Counted from the first letter of the stretch, positions 20,416 to 31,002 are shown. The stretch: 39,565 bases of DNA from an uncultured Clostridia bacterium (GCA_947629105.1 CANRCJ010000001.1:1-39565), one strand, 5' to 3'. Program-made: numbers and translations. Notes: a model not told the origin generated them from the letters alone.

Positions 20416-20913
20416 TTATTCATTAACTTCTTCTATTTCTGTTAAATCAGATGTGCAATGAGCACATTTAGTTGCTTTATAAGGTATTTCTGACAAACAA
20501 TATGGACATGTTTTTGTTGTTGGTTCTGGTTTTTCTTCCTCTATTTCTTCTACTTTACCTTTTTTTACTTTTTTTGTAATCTTATTAATTGTTTCTTTAT
20601 TTAACTCTTCTATTTTCTTATTTAATTTATTAACATATTTTAGAGCTATAAATATCGAGAAAGCAATTATTAAAAAGTTTATTACTGCGTTTATAAAAGA
20701 ACCTATACCTATTTGTATAGAACCATTTCCAAGAACAATACTCCATTCAGAGTAATGTACATTACCTGTAAATATTCCTGTAAATGGCATTATAATATCA
20801 TTTACTAATGAATTTACTATTGATTGAAAAGCACCTCCTATTACAACACCTACTGCTAAATCTATTGCATTTCCCTTCATTGCAAATTCCTTAAATTCTT
20901 TGAATAATGACAT
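20416..20913 (-). CDS. mscL: Large-conductance mechanosensitive channel with a C-terminal zinc-ribbon extension
   Basis: [23 protein letters not shown]... is the canonical MscL N-terminus. An extra C-terminal CPYC-x11-CAHC segment is present. Confidence 0.9.
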   Translation of the reverse strand: MSLFKEFKEFAMKGNAIDLAVGVVIGGAFQSIVNSLVNDIIMPFTGIFTGNVHYSEWSIVLGNGSIQIGIGSFINAVINFLIIAFSIFIALKYVNKLNKKIEELNKETINKITKKVKKGKVEEIEEEKPEPTTKTCPYCLSEIPYKATKCAHCTSDLTEIEEVNE

Positions 20914-20937
20914 GTATGTTCCTCCTTATATTACTTC

Positions 20938-21988
20938 TTATATTATTTTTCCGTCCTCCTAAAACTATTCCTTCACTATCATAGAATACTACTGATTGTC
21001 CTCTTGTTATTGCTCTTTGTGGTTCTTTAAATGTTACTTCTAACTGTTTATCTATTTTCTTTACTTCTGCCTCTGCAGCCGACGCTCTATATCTAATCTT
21101 AGCATAAATTCTTCTATCCCATTTTTCAAAATCAACTAAATAGTTAATGTCTTCTGCATAAAGTTTATTACTGTATAGTTCCTTTTCTGTCCCAACAATT
21201 AATTCATTTTTTTCTTTATTTAATTCTAATACATAAAGTGGTTCTTTATATGCAATTCCTAGTCCTTTTCTTTGTCTCACTGTATAATATATTAAGCCTC
21301 TATGTTTTCCAATTATTGTTCCATCTCTTAATACTGCGTTTCCTGATTTAATACTACCACTAATATTTTTTTCTAAAAAGCGTCCATAATCATTATCTGG
21401 TATAAAGCATACTTCTTGGCTTTCTTTCTTTTCTGCAACAGCAAGTTCATTTTGTTTTGCAATTTTTCTTACCTTTTCTTTATCAGTAAACTCAGCAAGT
21501 GGGAATAATATATGTGGTATTAATTCTTTCTTTATGCTATATAAAAAATATGTCTGGTCCTTCTTTTCTGCCTTTGATTTTTTTAATACATATTCTTTAT
21601 ATTTATCACTGTATTCTGTTTTGGCATAATGTCCTGTTGCTATGAAGTCACATCCAAGTTCTTTTGCTTTTTCATATAACATATCAAATTTTATATATCT
21701 ATTGCATTCAATACATGGATTTGGCGTTTTACATTCTTCATAGCATTTAACAAAATCATTCACAACATATTTTTTAAACTCATCTTTGAAATTATATGTG
21801 AAATGAGGAATCTCTATTTGGTTGCAAATTTTTTTTGCATCCATAATAGTATCTTGATTGCAACAACTGCTTCCTCTATATAATTCTAAAGTCGTGCCTA
21901 TTACCTCATATCCTTTTTCTTTGAGTAATAGAGCTGAAGTTGAGCTATCTACTCCTCCGCTCATTCCCAATAATACTTTTTTTCTCAC
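20938..21988 (-). CDS. mnmA: tRNA 2-thiouridine(34) synthase MnmA; the C-terminus probably needs a +1 shift at in-frame CGG 20951..20953 (the unshifted ORF would end at 20891)
   Basis: GTG start at 21988 and PP-loop GMSGGVDSS. The 0-frame tail ..[23 protein letters not shown] overlaps the mscL RBS and start. Skipping the C gives ..VLGGGKII-stop at 20938-20940. That matches the family LGGG-x-I ending and leaves the mscL RBS intergenic. Confidence 0.85.
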
Positions 21989-22001
21989 TTTCTATCTCCT
22001 T

Positions 22002-22042
22002 AAAAGCAAATACGCTAGGAGCTAATTAAAAAGCCCTAGCGT
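22002..22042 (-). terminator. rpmA terminator-like hairpin
   Basis: On the minus strand: ACGCTAGG ...15 nt... CCTAGCGT followed by a T-rich tract. Confidence 0.45.
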
Positions 22043-22047
22043 AAATT

Positions 22048-22311
22048 TTATTCTTGTTCCTCTGGGTAAACACTTACCTTTTTCTTGTCTTTTCCTAATC
22101 TTTCAAATTTAACAATTCCGTTTACTAATGCATAAAGTGTATCGTCGCTTCCAATTCCTACATTAGTTCCTGGATGCATTTTTGTTCCTCTTTGTCTCAT
22201 CAAAATATTTCCTGCTAGAACAAATTGACCGTCGGCTCTTTTTACCCCAAGGCGTTTAGATTCACTATCTCTTCCGTTTTTAACACTACCTTGCCCTTTT
22301 TTATGTGCCAT
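22048..22311 (-). CDS. rpmA: 50S ribosomal protein L27 (no N-terminal propeptide)
   Basis: [24 protein letters not shown]... Confidence 0.97.
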   Translation of the reverse strand: MAHKKGQGSVKNGRDSESKRLGVKRADGQFVLAGNILMRQRGTKMHPGTNVGIGSDDTLYALVNGIVKFERLGKDKKKVSVYPEEQE

Positions 22312-22353
22312 GTGTCATTTCTCCTTTCTAAAGTTTTATATATTTTTTAGAAA

Positions 22354-22704
22354 TTAAACTTCTTCTTTATTTTCAGCTGTCTTCTTTTCTGCTGCTAATT
22401 TTACAGATGTAATTTCTACTTTTGTGTATGGTTGTCTATGTCCTTGTTTTCTTCTATAATTCTTCTTTGCTTTATATTTGAAAACAACGATTTTCTTTGC
22501 CTTACCATGTGCAACTACTTTTCCTTCTACTTTAGCACCTTTAACATAAGGAGTTCCAACTTCTACTTTTCCATTGTCTGATACAAGGATTACTTTGTCA
22601 AATTTAACTTTTTTTCCTTCTTCAGCTTCTAATTTTTCGAAGAAAACTACATCTCCTTCAGATACTTTGTATTGCTTTCCACAAGTTTCGATTATTGCGT
22701 ACAT
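22354..22704 (-). CDS. rplU: 50S ribosomal protein L21
   Basis: [25 protein letters not shown]... Confidence 0.97.
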   Translation of the reverse strand: MYAIIETCGKQYKVSEGDVVFFEKLEAEEGKKVKFDKVILVSDNGKVEVGTPYVKGAKVEGKVVAHGKAKKIVVFKYKAKKNYRRKQGHRQPYTKVEITSVKLAAEKKTAENKEEV

Positions 22705-22835
22705 TATGAAAGCACCTCCCTTTTCGTATACTCGCTAACCTTAAAATATAGGTACCTAAACTTAATTAGGTTTTATGCACCTTGACTTATGCGGTTACAA
22801 TTAAATATTTTAGCATAATATTCCATCTTTGTCAA
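22705..22835 (-). promoter_or_regulatory. rplU promoter plus a 5' leader of about 100 nt (possible L21-leader-type autoregulatory RNA)
   Basis: On the minus strand: TTGACA (22835-22830), 17-nt spacer, TAAAAT (22812-22807). The leader has locally raised GC and the palindrome aggtacct. Calling it an L21 leader rests on position only. Confidence 0.4.
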
Positions 22836-22845
22836 CAAAAACTTT

Positions 22846-24105
22846 CTAATTTCCTGGCATTATTCCTTCATATATTTGTGCTTTTATCCTATTCCATACT
22901 TCATTTGTTTTAAGATATTCTTTATAATGTTCTTGTACATTTTGATCATATTTTTCTAATTCATCTACTAAACATAAGAAATTGCTTTCAGGAAACATCT
23001 TATTAATTTTCTCTATACTATTTTTTAGTTTTTCTTTGGCTATCGCAATATCTTTTAAATATGTCTTTCTCTGCATTATGTACATAAGAAGTGGTTTATA
23101 TTTAATCCATCCCATAGACGCCATTAGGAATCTATCTCCTACGCTTGTATCGTTTAATGATGGCTTTTCAAATTCTTTTGGGAATTTTCCCTTAAGTATT
23201 CCTGTATATTTTAGGAAACTATCATGAAAATGATATGTAGGAACTTTTACTACTCTTGCTTCAGAAAGAAGTGTACAGAAGAATGTATCTTCCCCTCTTG
23301 CAAGTGGTGGATTATAGAAAGCAGGAATTTTATCTAGATGTGTTAGATTTATACATATTCCTGAAGCATATAACCAATTTTTTAAGCCAACATGTTTTAA
23401 TACAATTTTATCTTTTCCTTCAGTAATGTCTCTTTCAGCAAATGTAATTCCATTATCTTTGTCCATATCTTTTTTTACATTATCCCAAGATATTACTTCA
23501 TTACTTACAGCTTCTATATATTCTTTAAACTCCTGTTCTTGTATTACATCATCATTAAATTCTATATATGGTACAGGTGACATGTTTCCGCATCTGTGTC
23601 CAACTGTTATATCTGCATCTGGTATAACATTTAGATGTTCTAATATATTATTTTGTTTTTCCCATATTATTTCTCCATTTTCTCCTTTAATGTTTGCATA
23701 TGGGTACTCATCATCATCCCAAAACAAAAGATAGTCTATTTTTCTTTTTAAGGCAAAATACATTATTGCATTTCTTGCTCTTGCATATCCTGTTCCTAAA
23801 ATAAGATTGACTTCACTTTTGGTTAGTTTATATCTAGATTTTAAAATTTTCTTTTCTTCTTCAATATCTTCTGGTGTTATATATTTAATTTGTATTTTCT
23901 TATATACATCATCTTTTAGTGTATAAAATTCTTCTCTTTTGGTATGTTGGTATTCCAAATCGTATAATATAAATATTGTTAAATTTACTCCATCTGGATA
24001 ATCTTTTACTTGTTCAATCATGTCTTTATAACAATTATTTATGATATTACATATATTTGTTCTTCCTGTTAAAAATCCTATTCCAAATTCTACTGGTTTA
24101 GCCAT
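22846..24105 (-). CDS. Uncharacterised protein, possibly a GT-A-fold glycosyltransferase-like enzyme
   Basis: 419 aa, no TM segment. A DxD-like segment LLFWDDDEYP follows a Rossmann-like N-terminal half. It is divergently transcribed from the DUF4912/GH57 genes. I recognise no family with confidence. Confidence 0.35.
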   Translation of the reverse strand: MAKPVEFGIGFLTGRTNICNIINNCYKDMIEQVKDYPDGVNLTIFILYDLEYQHTKREEFYTLKDDVYKKIQIKYITPEDIEEEKKILKSRYKLTKSEVNLILGTGYARARNAIMYFALKRKIDYLLFWDDDEYPYANIKGENGEIIWEKQNNILEHLNVIPDADITVGHRCGNMSPVPYIEFNDDVIQEQEFKEYIEAVSNEVISWDNVKKDMDKDNGITFAERDITEGKDKIVLKHVGLKNWLYASGICINLTHLDKIPAFYNPPLARGEDTFFCTLLSEARVVKVPTYHFHDSFLKYTGILKGKFPKEFEKPSLNDTSVGDRFLMASMGWIKYKPLLMYIMQRKTYLKDIAIAKEKLKNSIEKINKMFPESNFLCLVDELEKYDQNVQEHYKEYLKTNEVWNRIKAQIYEGIMPGN

Positions 24106-24319
24106 TAAATTTCATTCCTTCCCCAATATATAAACATATTTGACAACAAAAAAACTTGCAAAGTATGCTTATTTCTTTAAACTTTGCTTAATTCTATCAC
24201 ATTATAACATATAGTATTTTTTTTTGCAAGTTTTTAATATTTTATTAAGAATTATATTGAATTTATTTGCATTTTGATATATTATATTTTTGTATATAAT
24301 TTACTAAGGAGGAAGTTTT

Positions 24320-25120
24320 ATGGCAAGAGAATCTATAAAAAAAGAAGTAAATAAAAAGGATAAGAAAGCCCCTAAAGCAAAGGTTGTTAAGGAGAAGTCT
24401 ACTTCTAAGACAAAGAAACCTGCTAAAACGGTTTCTGCTTCTAATTCAAAAAAAAGTGCATCTAAGAAAACTCCCCCTTCAAAAAAACGTTCTACCTCTA
24501 AATCTGCTAGTGTATCAAAAGTAACAAAGAGCACTGTTAAGCCTATGCTTACAGAATACTATGATTTACCTTATAGATATAATGAAACAACTGTTAAGAT
24601 ACTAGCACAAACACCAACTACTCTTTTTGTGTATTGGGATATTTCAGATGATGATAGAAATGCACTTATAAATAAATATGGAGAAAATTTCTTTCAAGAA
24701 ACAAAGCCTATTCTTATAGTTCATAATGTAACTCATAATTATTCTTATGAGCTTGAGATAAATGACTTTGCTAATAGTTGGTACATAAGAGCTCAAGAAC
24801 CTAACTCTGATTATGTTATAGAGCTTGGTAGAAAAAAGATTAATAATTCTAACGGAAATGAATATATCTATATTCATTCGTCAAATGATATTGTTTCTCC
24901 TAATAATCAAGTTCTATTTGAGGGAACTGATTTAGGTCATGTTGCCTTTAAGAACGTTAAGACAGGAACTTTATCTTACAAAGATTTTGGAAGTTTAAGA
25001 TTTATAAATAATATTGATAAATTATATGGAAACGTATATGACGTGTATAGTAGATTATATAAAGATGAACTATTTAATACACTAATAAACCCATCTTCTG
25101 ATGAGTTTATTAGAAAGTAG
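24320..25120 (+). CDS. DUF4912-type protein with a K/S/T-rich basic N-terminal tail
   Basis: 266 aa with RBS AAGGAGG. The core ..YDLPYRYNETTVKILAQTPTTLFVYWDISDD.. resembles the family usually found next to GH57 branching enzymes. Confidence 0.6.
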   Translation: MARESIKKEVNKKDKKAPKAKVVKEKSTSKTKKPAKTVSASNSKKSASKKTPPSKKRSTSKSASVSKVTKSTVKPMLTEYYDLPYRYNETTVKILAQTPTTLFVYWDISDDDRNALINKYGENFFQETKPILIVHNVTHNYSYELEINDFANSWYIRAQEPNSDYVIELGRKKINNSNGNEYIYIHSSNDIVSPNNQVLFEGTDLGHVAFKNVKTGTLSYKDFGSLRFINNIDKLYGNVYDVYSRLYKDELFNTLINPSSDEFIRK

Positions 25121-25135
25121 AGAGAGGAATTACAA

Positions 25136-26729
25136 ATGAATAACATTCCAAAAGGATATGTAAGTTTTGTTTTACATGCACATTTACCTTTTGTGCATCA
25201 TCCAGAAAGTGAAAATTATCTAGAAGAAGAATGGCTTTTTGAAGCCATCTCCGAAACATATATACCGCTACTTACAAATTTTAAAAAACTTGAAGAGGAA
25301 AAAGTCGATTTTAGAATAACTATGTCACTTACTCCCCCTCTTCTTTCTATGTTAGATAATAAATTGCTTCAAGAAAGATACATTAAATATTTAAATAAAC
25401 ATATTGAATTATGCGAAAAAGAAGTTGTAAGAACAAAAGATAATGAAAGAATAAATAGATTATCTAAGTATTATCTAGATAGGTATTCTTCTGATTTGCA
25501 TATTTTTAGAGATGAATATAATTGCAATATTATACAAGGTTTTAAACATTTTCAAGACATTGGTGTTCTTGAGATTATTACTTGCGGAGCAACACATGGA
25601 TATTTCCCTATTTTATATGTTAATGAGAAAACTGTCCGTGCACAAATTGCTGTTGGAGTTCAAACTTATGAAAAATACTTTGGAAGAAAGCCACGTGGTA
25701 TTTGGCTTCCTGAATGTGGATATGTTCCAGAAGCTGACAAGTATTTAAAGGAATTTGGAATTGAATATATAATTACTGAATCTCATGGTATTCTATATGC
25801 AGATCCTGCCCCTGTTTACGGTACATTTTCACCTATCGTATCTCCTAATGGCATTGTTGCTTTTGGTCGTGATATGGAAGCTTCAAAGCAAGTGTGGAGT
25901 TCTATTTGCGGATATCCTGGTGACTATAATTATCGTGAATTTTATAGAGATATTGGATATGATGCAGATTATGAATATATTAAGCCATATATTGCTCATA
26001 ATGGTGTTAGGGTTAATACCGGTATAAAATATCATAGAATTACTGGTAAAACTGAAAATAAAGACATATATGATATAAGATGGGCTATGGATTCTGTTGA
26101 AAAACAGGCTGGACATTTCTTTGATTCAAGGCAGTCTCAGATTACTTACCTTTCTAGCTATATGCAAAAGCCACCAATTATTCTTTGTCCTTATGATGCA
26201 GAGCTTTTTGGTCATTGGTGGTATGAAGGTCCATATTGGTTATATATATTGTTTAAAAAAATATATTATGACAAATCAGATTTCAAGTTAATAACTCCTA
26301 GTGAATACATTGATAAATTCCCAGAAATGCAAGAGTGTACTCCTTGTCGTTCAAGCTGGGGTGCAAATGGTTATAGCGAAGTTTGGCTTAATGAACTTAA
26401 CGATTACGTAGTAAGACATTTGCACACATGTGGAAATAGAATGGTAGAAATAGCAAATACTTATGCAAATGAAACAGATAAATTAAAGATTTCTGCTTTA
26501 AATCAATGTGCCAGAGAACTTTTACTTGCTCAAAGTAGTGATTGGAATTTTATTATAACGAATCGGTACTATGGTTGATTACGCCAAGAGAAGGATTAAA
26601 GACCACGTCGGCAGATTCACAAAATTATATTATCAAATTAAAGGAAATAACATTGATAAAGATTTCCTAAAAGATATAAAAGAAAAAGACCCAATATTCC
26701 CTGATATTGATTATAGAATCTATATGTAA
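25136..26729 (+). CDS. GH57 family 1,4-alpha-glucan branching enzyme (GH57 + DUF1957-type C-terminal domain); needs a +1 shift at in-frame CGG 26564..26566
   Basis: The N-terminus GYVSFVLHAHLPFV and the segments WLPECGY and ELFGHWWYEG are GH57 hallmarks. The 0-frame reads AAT [C]GG TAC TAT GGT TGA. Skipping the C extends the protein by 55 codons (..IITNGTMVDYAKRRIKDHVGRFTKLYYQI..YRIYM-stop at 26727-26729), giving a typical length of about 530 aa. Confidence 0.85.
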
Positions 26730-26748
26730 TAAAATTTATACAAGTTGC

Positions 26749-26837
26749 AAAAACCCCTCTTTTGAATAAGATAATGTATATCTAATTGTTTTTAGCAAAT
26801 AATATACATGTTGTCATATTTGAAAGGGGTTTTTTTT
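26749..26837 (+). terminator. Compound hairpin plus T8 downstream of the GH57 gene
   Basis: The outer stem is aaaacccct.../...aggggtttt. The inner stem is atgtatat/atatacat (8 bp). It ends in tttttttt just before the ytxC-like start. The function could instead be regulatory. Confidence 0.4.
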
Positions 26838-26841
26838 AGAA

Positions 26842-27693
26842 ATGTTATCTTTATGCATAAAAAATAATAACGATGAAATTATATCTTATTTGCTAGATAG
26901 ATTATTTCTTTCAAATATTGATTCCTTATATGTATCAAATCGTGAATTTAAGTCATATAAAAACGTTATCATTCACTATAAATCAGATAAAAAAGATTTT
27001 TTCTATGACAAAATTTCTTCTATTATAACTGATACTATTATCAAATTTTATGAGAATAGATTTCTTAAAAGAATTCTTGATTACAACTACTTTTATTTTA
27101 CAAACGTAGAAAAAAAGAAAATATTAAATATAGCTACCGAGTTTATTGAAAATGATAATATTTCAAAAGAAGATAATTATTTTTCTATATATTATCCGGT
27201 ACTTGATTATATTTCTTCGAATAAATCCCTTGTACTTGATGGCTTTGTTAATTTTAGACTTCAAAATTATATGAAAAATTTAGACTATATTATAGATATA
27301 TCTGTAAATAAATTCTTAATAGAAAAAGAATATAATGAATTTGTGAGCATTCTAAAGTTATATGTATCTATGACTCCATTTAATTCTACTCTTGTACATT
27401 TAGTATATTATAATAACGAAAGTATATTACTTGATAAAGATAAGAATGTAATACAAACTGATGACGATATTTTTAAAGCAAAATATTTATCTGACATTAG
27501 CTTCTCTTCAAATGATTATGCATTAAACACTCTCTTAAATCTTACTCCCAAGAAACTAATTATTCATTTAGCTGACGGGCATAATGATGAATTTATAAAT
27601 ACTTTAAAGCTCATCTTTGAAAATCGCTATGAAATATGTACTAATTGTGTAATTTGTGAGCTGTACAAAAAGAACCTAATAAAGAGTAAATAA
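26842..27693 (+). CDS. ytxC: YtxC-like putative sporulation protein
   Basis: 283 aa, N/K/Y-rich. Overall resemblance to the YtxC family (..VLDGFVNFRL..EYNEFV..L). Assigned by recollection, not by alignment. Confidence 0.45.
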   Translation: MLSLCIKNNNDEIISYLLDRLFLSNIDSLYVSNREFKSYKNVIIHYKSDKKDFFYDKISSIITDTIIKFYENRFLKRILDYNYFYFTNVEKKKILNIATEFIENDNISKEDNYFSIYYPVLDYISSNKSLVLDGFVNFRLQNYMKNLDYIIDISVNKFLIEKEYNEFVSILKLYVSMTPFNSTLVHLVYYNNESILLDKDKNVIQTDDDIFKAKYLSDISFSSNDYALNTLLNLTPKKLIIHLADGHNDEFINTLKLIFENRYEICTNCVICELYKKNLIKSK

Positions 27694-27730
27694 AGCACCA
27701 CATAGTTTTTAACTTATGTAGTGCTTTTAA
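27692..27730. terminator. Bidirectional terminator between the ytxC-like gene and queA
   Basis: aaagcaccacatag ttttta acttatgtagtgcttt, a stem of about 13 bp with one mismatch, T-rich on both sides. Confidence 0.6.
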
Positions 27731-27731
27731 T

Positions 27732-28758
27732 TTACAATATCATCATTGCATCTCCAAAACTAAAGAATCTATATTTTTCTTTTACAGCTTCGTTATATGC
27801 TTTTAGTATGAATTCTCTTCCTGCTAATGCTGAAACTAGCATTAAAAGTGTTGATTTTGGAAGGTGAAAATTAGTGATTAAACCATCAATACATTTAAAT
27901 TTGTATCCTGGATATATGTATATCTTTGTATCTTCTTCACATGTATGTACCATCCCATTTCTATCCGCTATTGTTTCAAGTACCCTACATGAAGTTGTTC
28001 CGACTGCTATTACTCTTTTACCATTTTTCTTTGTTTCATTTATCTTTTTTACATCTTCTTCTTTTATATAAAAATGTTCTGAATGCATCTCGTGTTCTTC
28101 TACATTTTCTTCTTTGACAGGTCTAAAAGTACCTATTCCAACATGAAGAGTTACTTTTGCTATCTTTATTCCCTTTTCTTCTATTTTCTTTAGAAGCTCT
28201 TCTGTAAAATGTAATCCTGCAGTAGGAGCTGCAGCTGAGCCCTCATATTTTGCATATACAGTTTGATATCTGTTTCTTTCTTTTAACTCTTCGTGTATGT
28301 ATGGTGGAAGTGGCATAAGCCCTATTTTATCAAGTATCTCATTAAAAATACCTTCATAAGTAAATTTAACTTTTCTTGTTCCGCCCTTCCATAACATCCA
28401 AGACTTCCGCTTCAAGAATTCCATCTCCAAAATATACTTTTGTTCCTGGTTTTAATTTATTTCCTGGTCTTACAATACTTTCCCAAATGTCTCCTTCTAA
28501 TTGTTTTAGAAGTAAGAATTCAACATTTGCACCTGTCTCCTTTTTTCCATATAACCTTGCAGGTATAACTTTTGTATTATTTATAACAAGACAATCTCCC
28601 TCTTCTAAATAATCTATTACATCTGAAAATACCTTTGTCTTATCTATTGTTTGATTTTTTCTATTTAGCACCATAAGCCTTGACATGTCTCTCTTTTTTA
28701 TTGGTGTTTGCGCAATTAACTCCTCTGGTAATTCATAATCAAAATCTTCTACTTTCAA
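27732..28758 (-). CDS. queA: S-adenosylmethionine:tRNA ribosyltransferase-isomerase; needs a +1 shift at in-frame CGG 28381..28383
   Basis: ORFs 28366..28758 and 27732..28430. The N-terminus is [19 protein letters not shown]. The junction reads GAA GGG [C]GG AAC. Skipping the C gives ..[28 protein letters not shown].. The C-terminus is ..[13 protein letters not shown]. Confidence 0.92.
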
Positions 28759-28761
28759 AAT

Positions 28762-29364
28762 TTATTCCTCCATTTTAAAGTCATCTATAGGATTTGAATA
28801 TACTTCTTCTATTATTCCTTTTATTTTTTCATATCTTTTGAGAACTGCATTTGGACAGCTTAAGCTTATATATTCCTTATCATTATTTAGAAATGCATTT
28901 CTTATCTTTGTTGAAGATACAGCTTGAAACATAGCTTGTCTTTCAAATAGCCTAAGATTTATTCTATTTCTTAAGCTTTCGTCAAACCAATTTTCTATAA
29001 TGCTTTTATCATCTGAAAAATACATAGAAAATTTCTTCTGTTCAGAGACTGAAACGATATTATAATACAAATATCTTCCCCATTCTATGTTTGAATCAAT
29101 ATCTGTTTCCATTGACCAGTCTGGCAATTCTTTTACAATAATTCTTTCTTTATAGTTTACTCCAAATTTTTCTTCTAGTGCTTCTTCTAAGATTTGTCTC
29201 CTTATAGTAACATCTAATGGATTTCTTATTGTTCCTTTTTTGTTTTTGCTTCCAATTATTACTATAACCTTATCATTTTCTTCTAATGCTTTTTCGATAA
29301 TTCCTAAGTGTCCTATATGCAATGGTTGCATCCTAGACAAAAATACTCCAATTTTTTTGTTCAT
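28762..29364 (-). CDS. Cytidylyltransferase-fold nucleotidyltransferase, NMN adenylyltransferase (NadM-type)-like
   Basis: GVFLSRMQPLHIGHLGII matches the (H/T)xGH motif region. SSTKIRN is ISSTxxR-like. Confidence 0.55.
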   Translation of the reverse strand: MNKKIGVFLSRMQPLHIGHLGIIEKALEENDKVIVIIGSKNKKGTIRNPLDVTIRRQILEEALEEKFGVNYKERIIVKELPDWSMETDIDSNIEWGRYLYYNIVSVSEQKKFSMYFSDDKSIIENWFDESLRNRINLRLFERQAMFQAVSSTKIRNAFLNNDKEYISLSCPNAVLKRYEKIKGIIEEVYSNPIDDFKMEE

Positions 29365-29375
29365 TCTTTCTCCTT

Positions 29376-30107
29376 TTAAAATATTTTAGTAATATCATTA
29401 TACATAACAAATACTGAAAGTCCTATAATAAATAAAAAGCCTAGCATCTGTATCTTGAGTGATGTTTCTTCTTTTAAAGGTTTTCTTTTTACCCATTCTA
29501 TTAAATATATTAATAGCTTTCCTCCGTCTAGTGGAGGAATTGGTAATAGATTTGTTACTCCAAGTGACAATGAAATTACAGATAATAGATATATGAAATC
29601 TATTATGGTTGATGTCTGAGATACAATAGATGCAATTCCAACAGGACCTGATAGATCATTAATCGTTGCTCCACCAGTGAATATAATCTTTATACTTTGT
29701 ATAAAAACTCCCATAAAATTTACTGTACTAGATAATGCAACATCTAATCCATACTTTACTAATATAAGTATAAAATATACAAGTAATCCAAATACAATAT
29801 TTACAATAGGTCCCGCACATACTACTGCAATTTTCTTTAATATTCCAGCTTTGCTAAAAGAACCTTCCTCTTCTGAGTATTCGTCTTCGCCTTCCATACT
29901 AACATATCCACCAAGAGGTATAAGCCTTAAAGAATATTTTGTATCTTTTCCTTGTTTGCTCCAGATTGTTTTACCAAAGCCAACTGAAAATTCATTTACC
30001 TTTATTTTACAAAGCTTTGCAACTGTAAAATGTCCCCCTTCATGTATAATTACCAAAACTCCAAGTAGTACAAGAGTCTTAATAATAGCTATTATGACAC
30101 TTACCAT
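29376..30107 (-). CDS. rseP: Site-2 protease, peptidase M50 (short RseP-like, no evident PDZ)
   Basis: HEGGHF zinc motif, NLLPIPPLDGG; 243 aa. Confidence 0.8.
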   Translation of the reverse strand: MVSVIIAIIKTLVLLGVLVIIHEGGHFTVAKLCKIKVNEFSVGFGKTIWSKQGKDTKYSLRLIPLGGYVSMEGEDEYSEEEGSFSKAGILKKIAVVCAGPIVNIVFGLLVYFILILVKYGLDVALSSTVNFMGVFIQSIKIIFTGGATINDLSGPVGIASIVSQTSTIIDFIYLLSVISLSLGVTNLLPIPPLDGGKLLIYLIEWVKRKPLKEETSLKIQMLGFLFIIGLSVFVMYNDITKIF

Positions 30108-30159
30108 ATTTTAAAGTTTTTCCTCCCTTTAATGAAATATAAATATCTATAATTAATAT

Positions 30160-31002
30160 TTACATTATATTCATTAATAATACATAAGCAACTGGTGCAA
30201 TAAATAATATGCTGTCTATTCTATCTAACATTCCACCATGTCCTGGTATTAAATTACTGTAATCTTTGATTTCATTATATCTTTTTATACTTGATGCTGC
30301 AAAGTCTCCTACCTGCCCAATTATGCTTAGCACTAATGATATAAGTATAATATATATATATGAAATATTAGTATAGAAATATGTATTGCAAACTATTGTA
30401 TATATTAGTGATACTACTACTGCTCCTATAGCGCCACTAATGCATCCTTCAATAGATTTATTAGGACTTATTACACTAAATTTATGTTTTTTTGTATTTA
30501 GAGTTTTTCCTGCAAGATATGCAAAAATATCTGTTGCCCATCCACATATAACAGCATACCATATTAAAATTTTTCCGTGTTCCATGCTATATATAATTGG
30601 TAAAAACATTATAAGTACTGGTATATATAATATGCCAAATATTGTAACTGCTGCATCTACAACATTAGTTCTCATACTTGAGTTAAGTACATGAAAAAAC
30701 ACAACAAATACTGCAAATATAACTAAACAAAACATCATGTTGATCATGTCAACGTCTACATCAACAAGAGTAGATTGAAGATGAAAAAATCTTAACACAG
30801 CAATACTTATCGCAACCAAATATCCTATCCATTTAATTGGTTTTGCTCTTCTTCCTTTTTCAAATGCTCCAAAATATTCTTTTATTGCAATTACAGCAAC
30901 TATTGCAAAAAATATATCTACAATCGTGCTATTTCCAAATGCAATAATTACAACAATTAGCGGAAATCCAAGTACTGTTGTTAAAACTCTTTTAATATCC
31001 AT
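30160..31002 (-). CDS. cdsA: Phosphatidate cytidylyltransferase
   Basis: SSIKRYNEIKDYSNLIPGHGGMLDRIDS signature. Confidence 0.92.
   Translation of the reverse strand: MDIKRVLTTVLGFPLIVVIIAFGNSTIVDIFFAIVAVIAIKEYFGAFEKGRRAKPIKWIGYLVAISIAVLRFFHLQSTLVDVDVDMINMMFCLVIFAVFVVFFHVLNSSMRTNVVDAAVTIFGILYIPVLIMFLPIIYSMEHGKILIWYAVICGWATDIFAYLAGKTLNTKKHKFSVISPNKSIEGCISGAIGAVVVSLIYTIVCNTYFYTNISYIYIILISLVLSIIGQVGDFAASSIKRYNEIKDYSNLIPGHGGMLDRIDSILFIAPVAYVLLMNIM

Noticed and set aside
20891-20913. Genuine 23-nt overlap of mnmA with mscL
   Set aside because: The overlap exists only if the in-frame CGG at 20951 is read as Arg. The C-skip reading ends mnmA at 20938 with a family-typical C-terminus and frees the mscL RBS.
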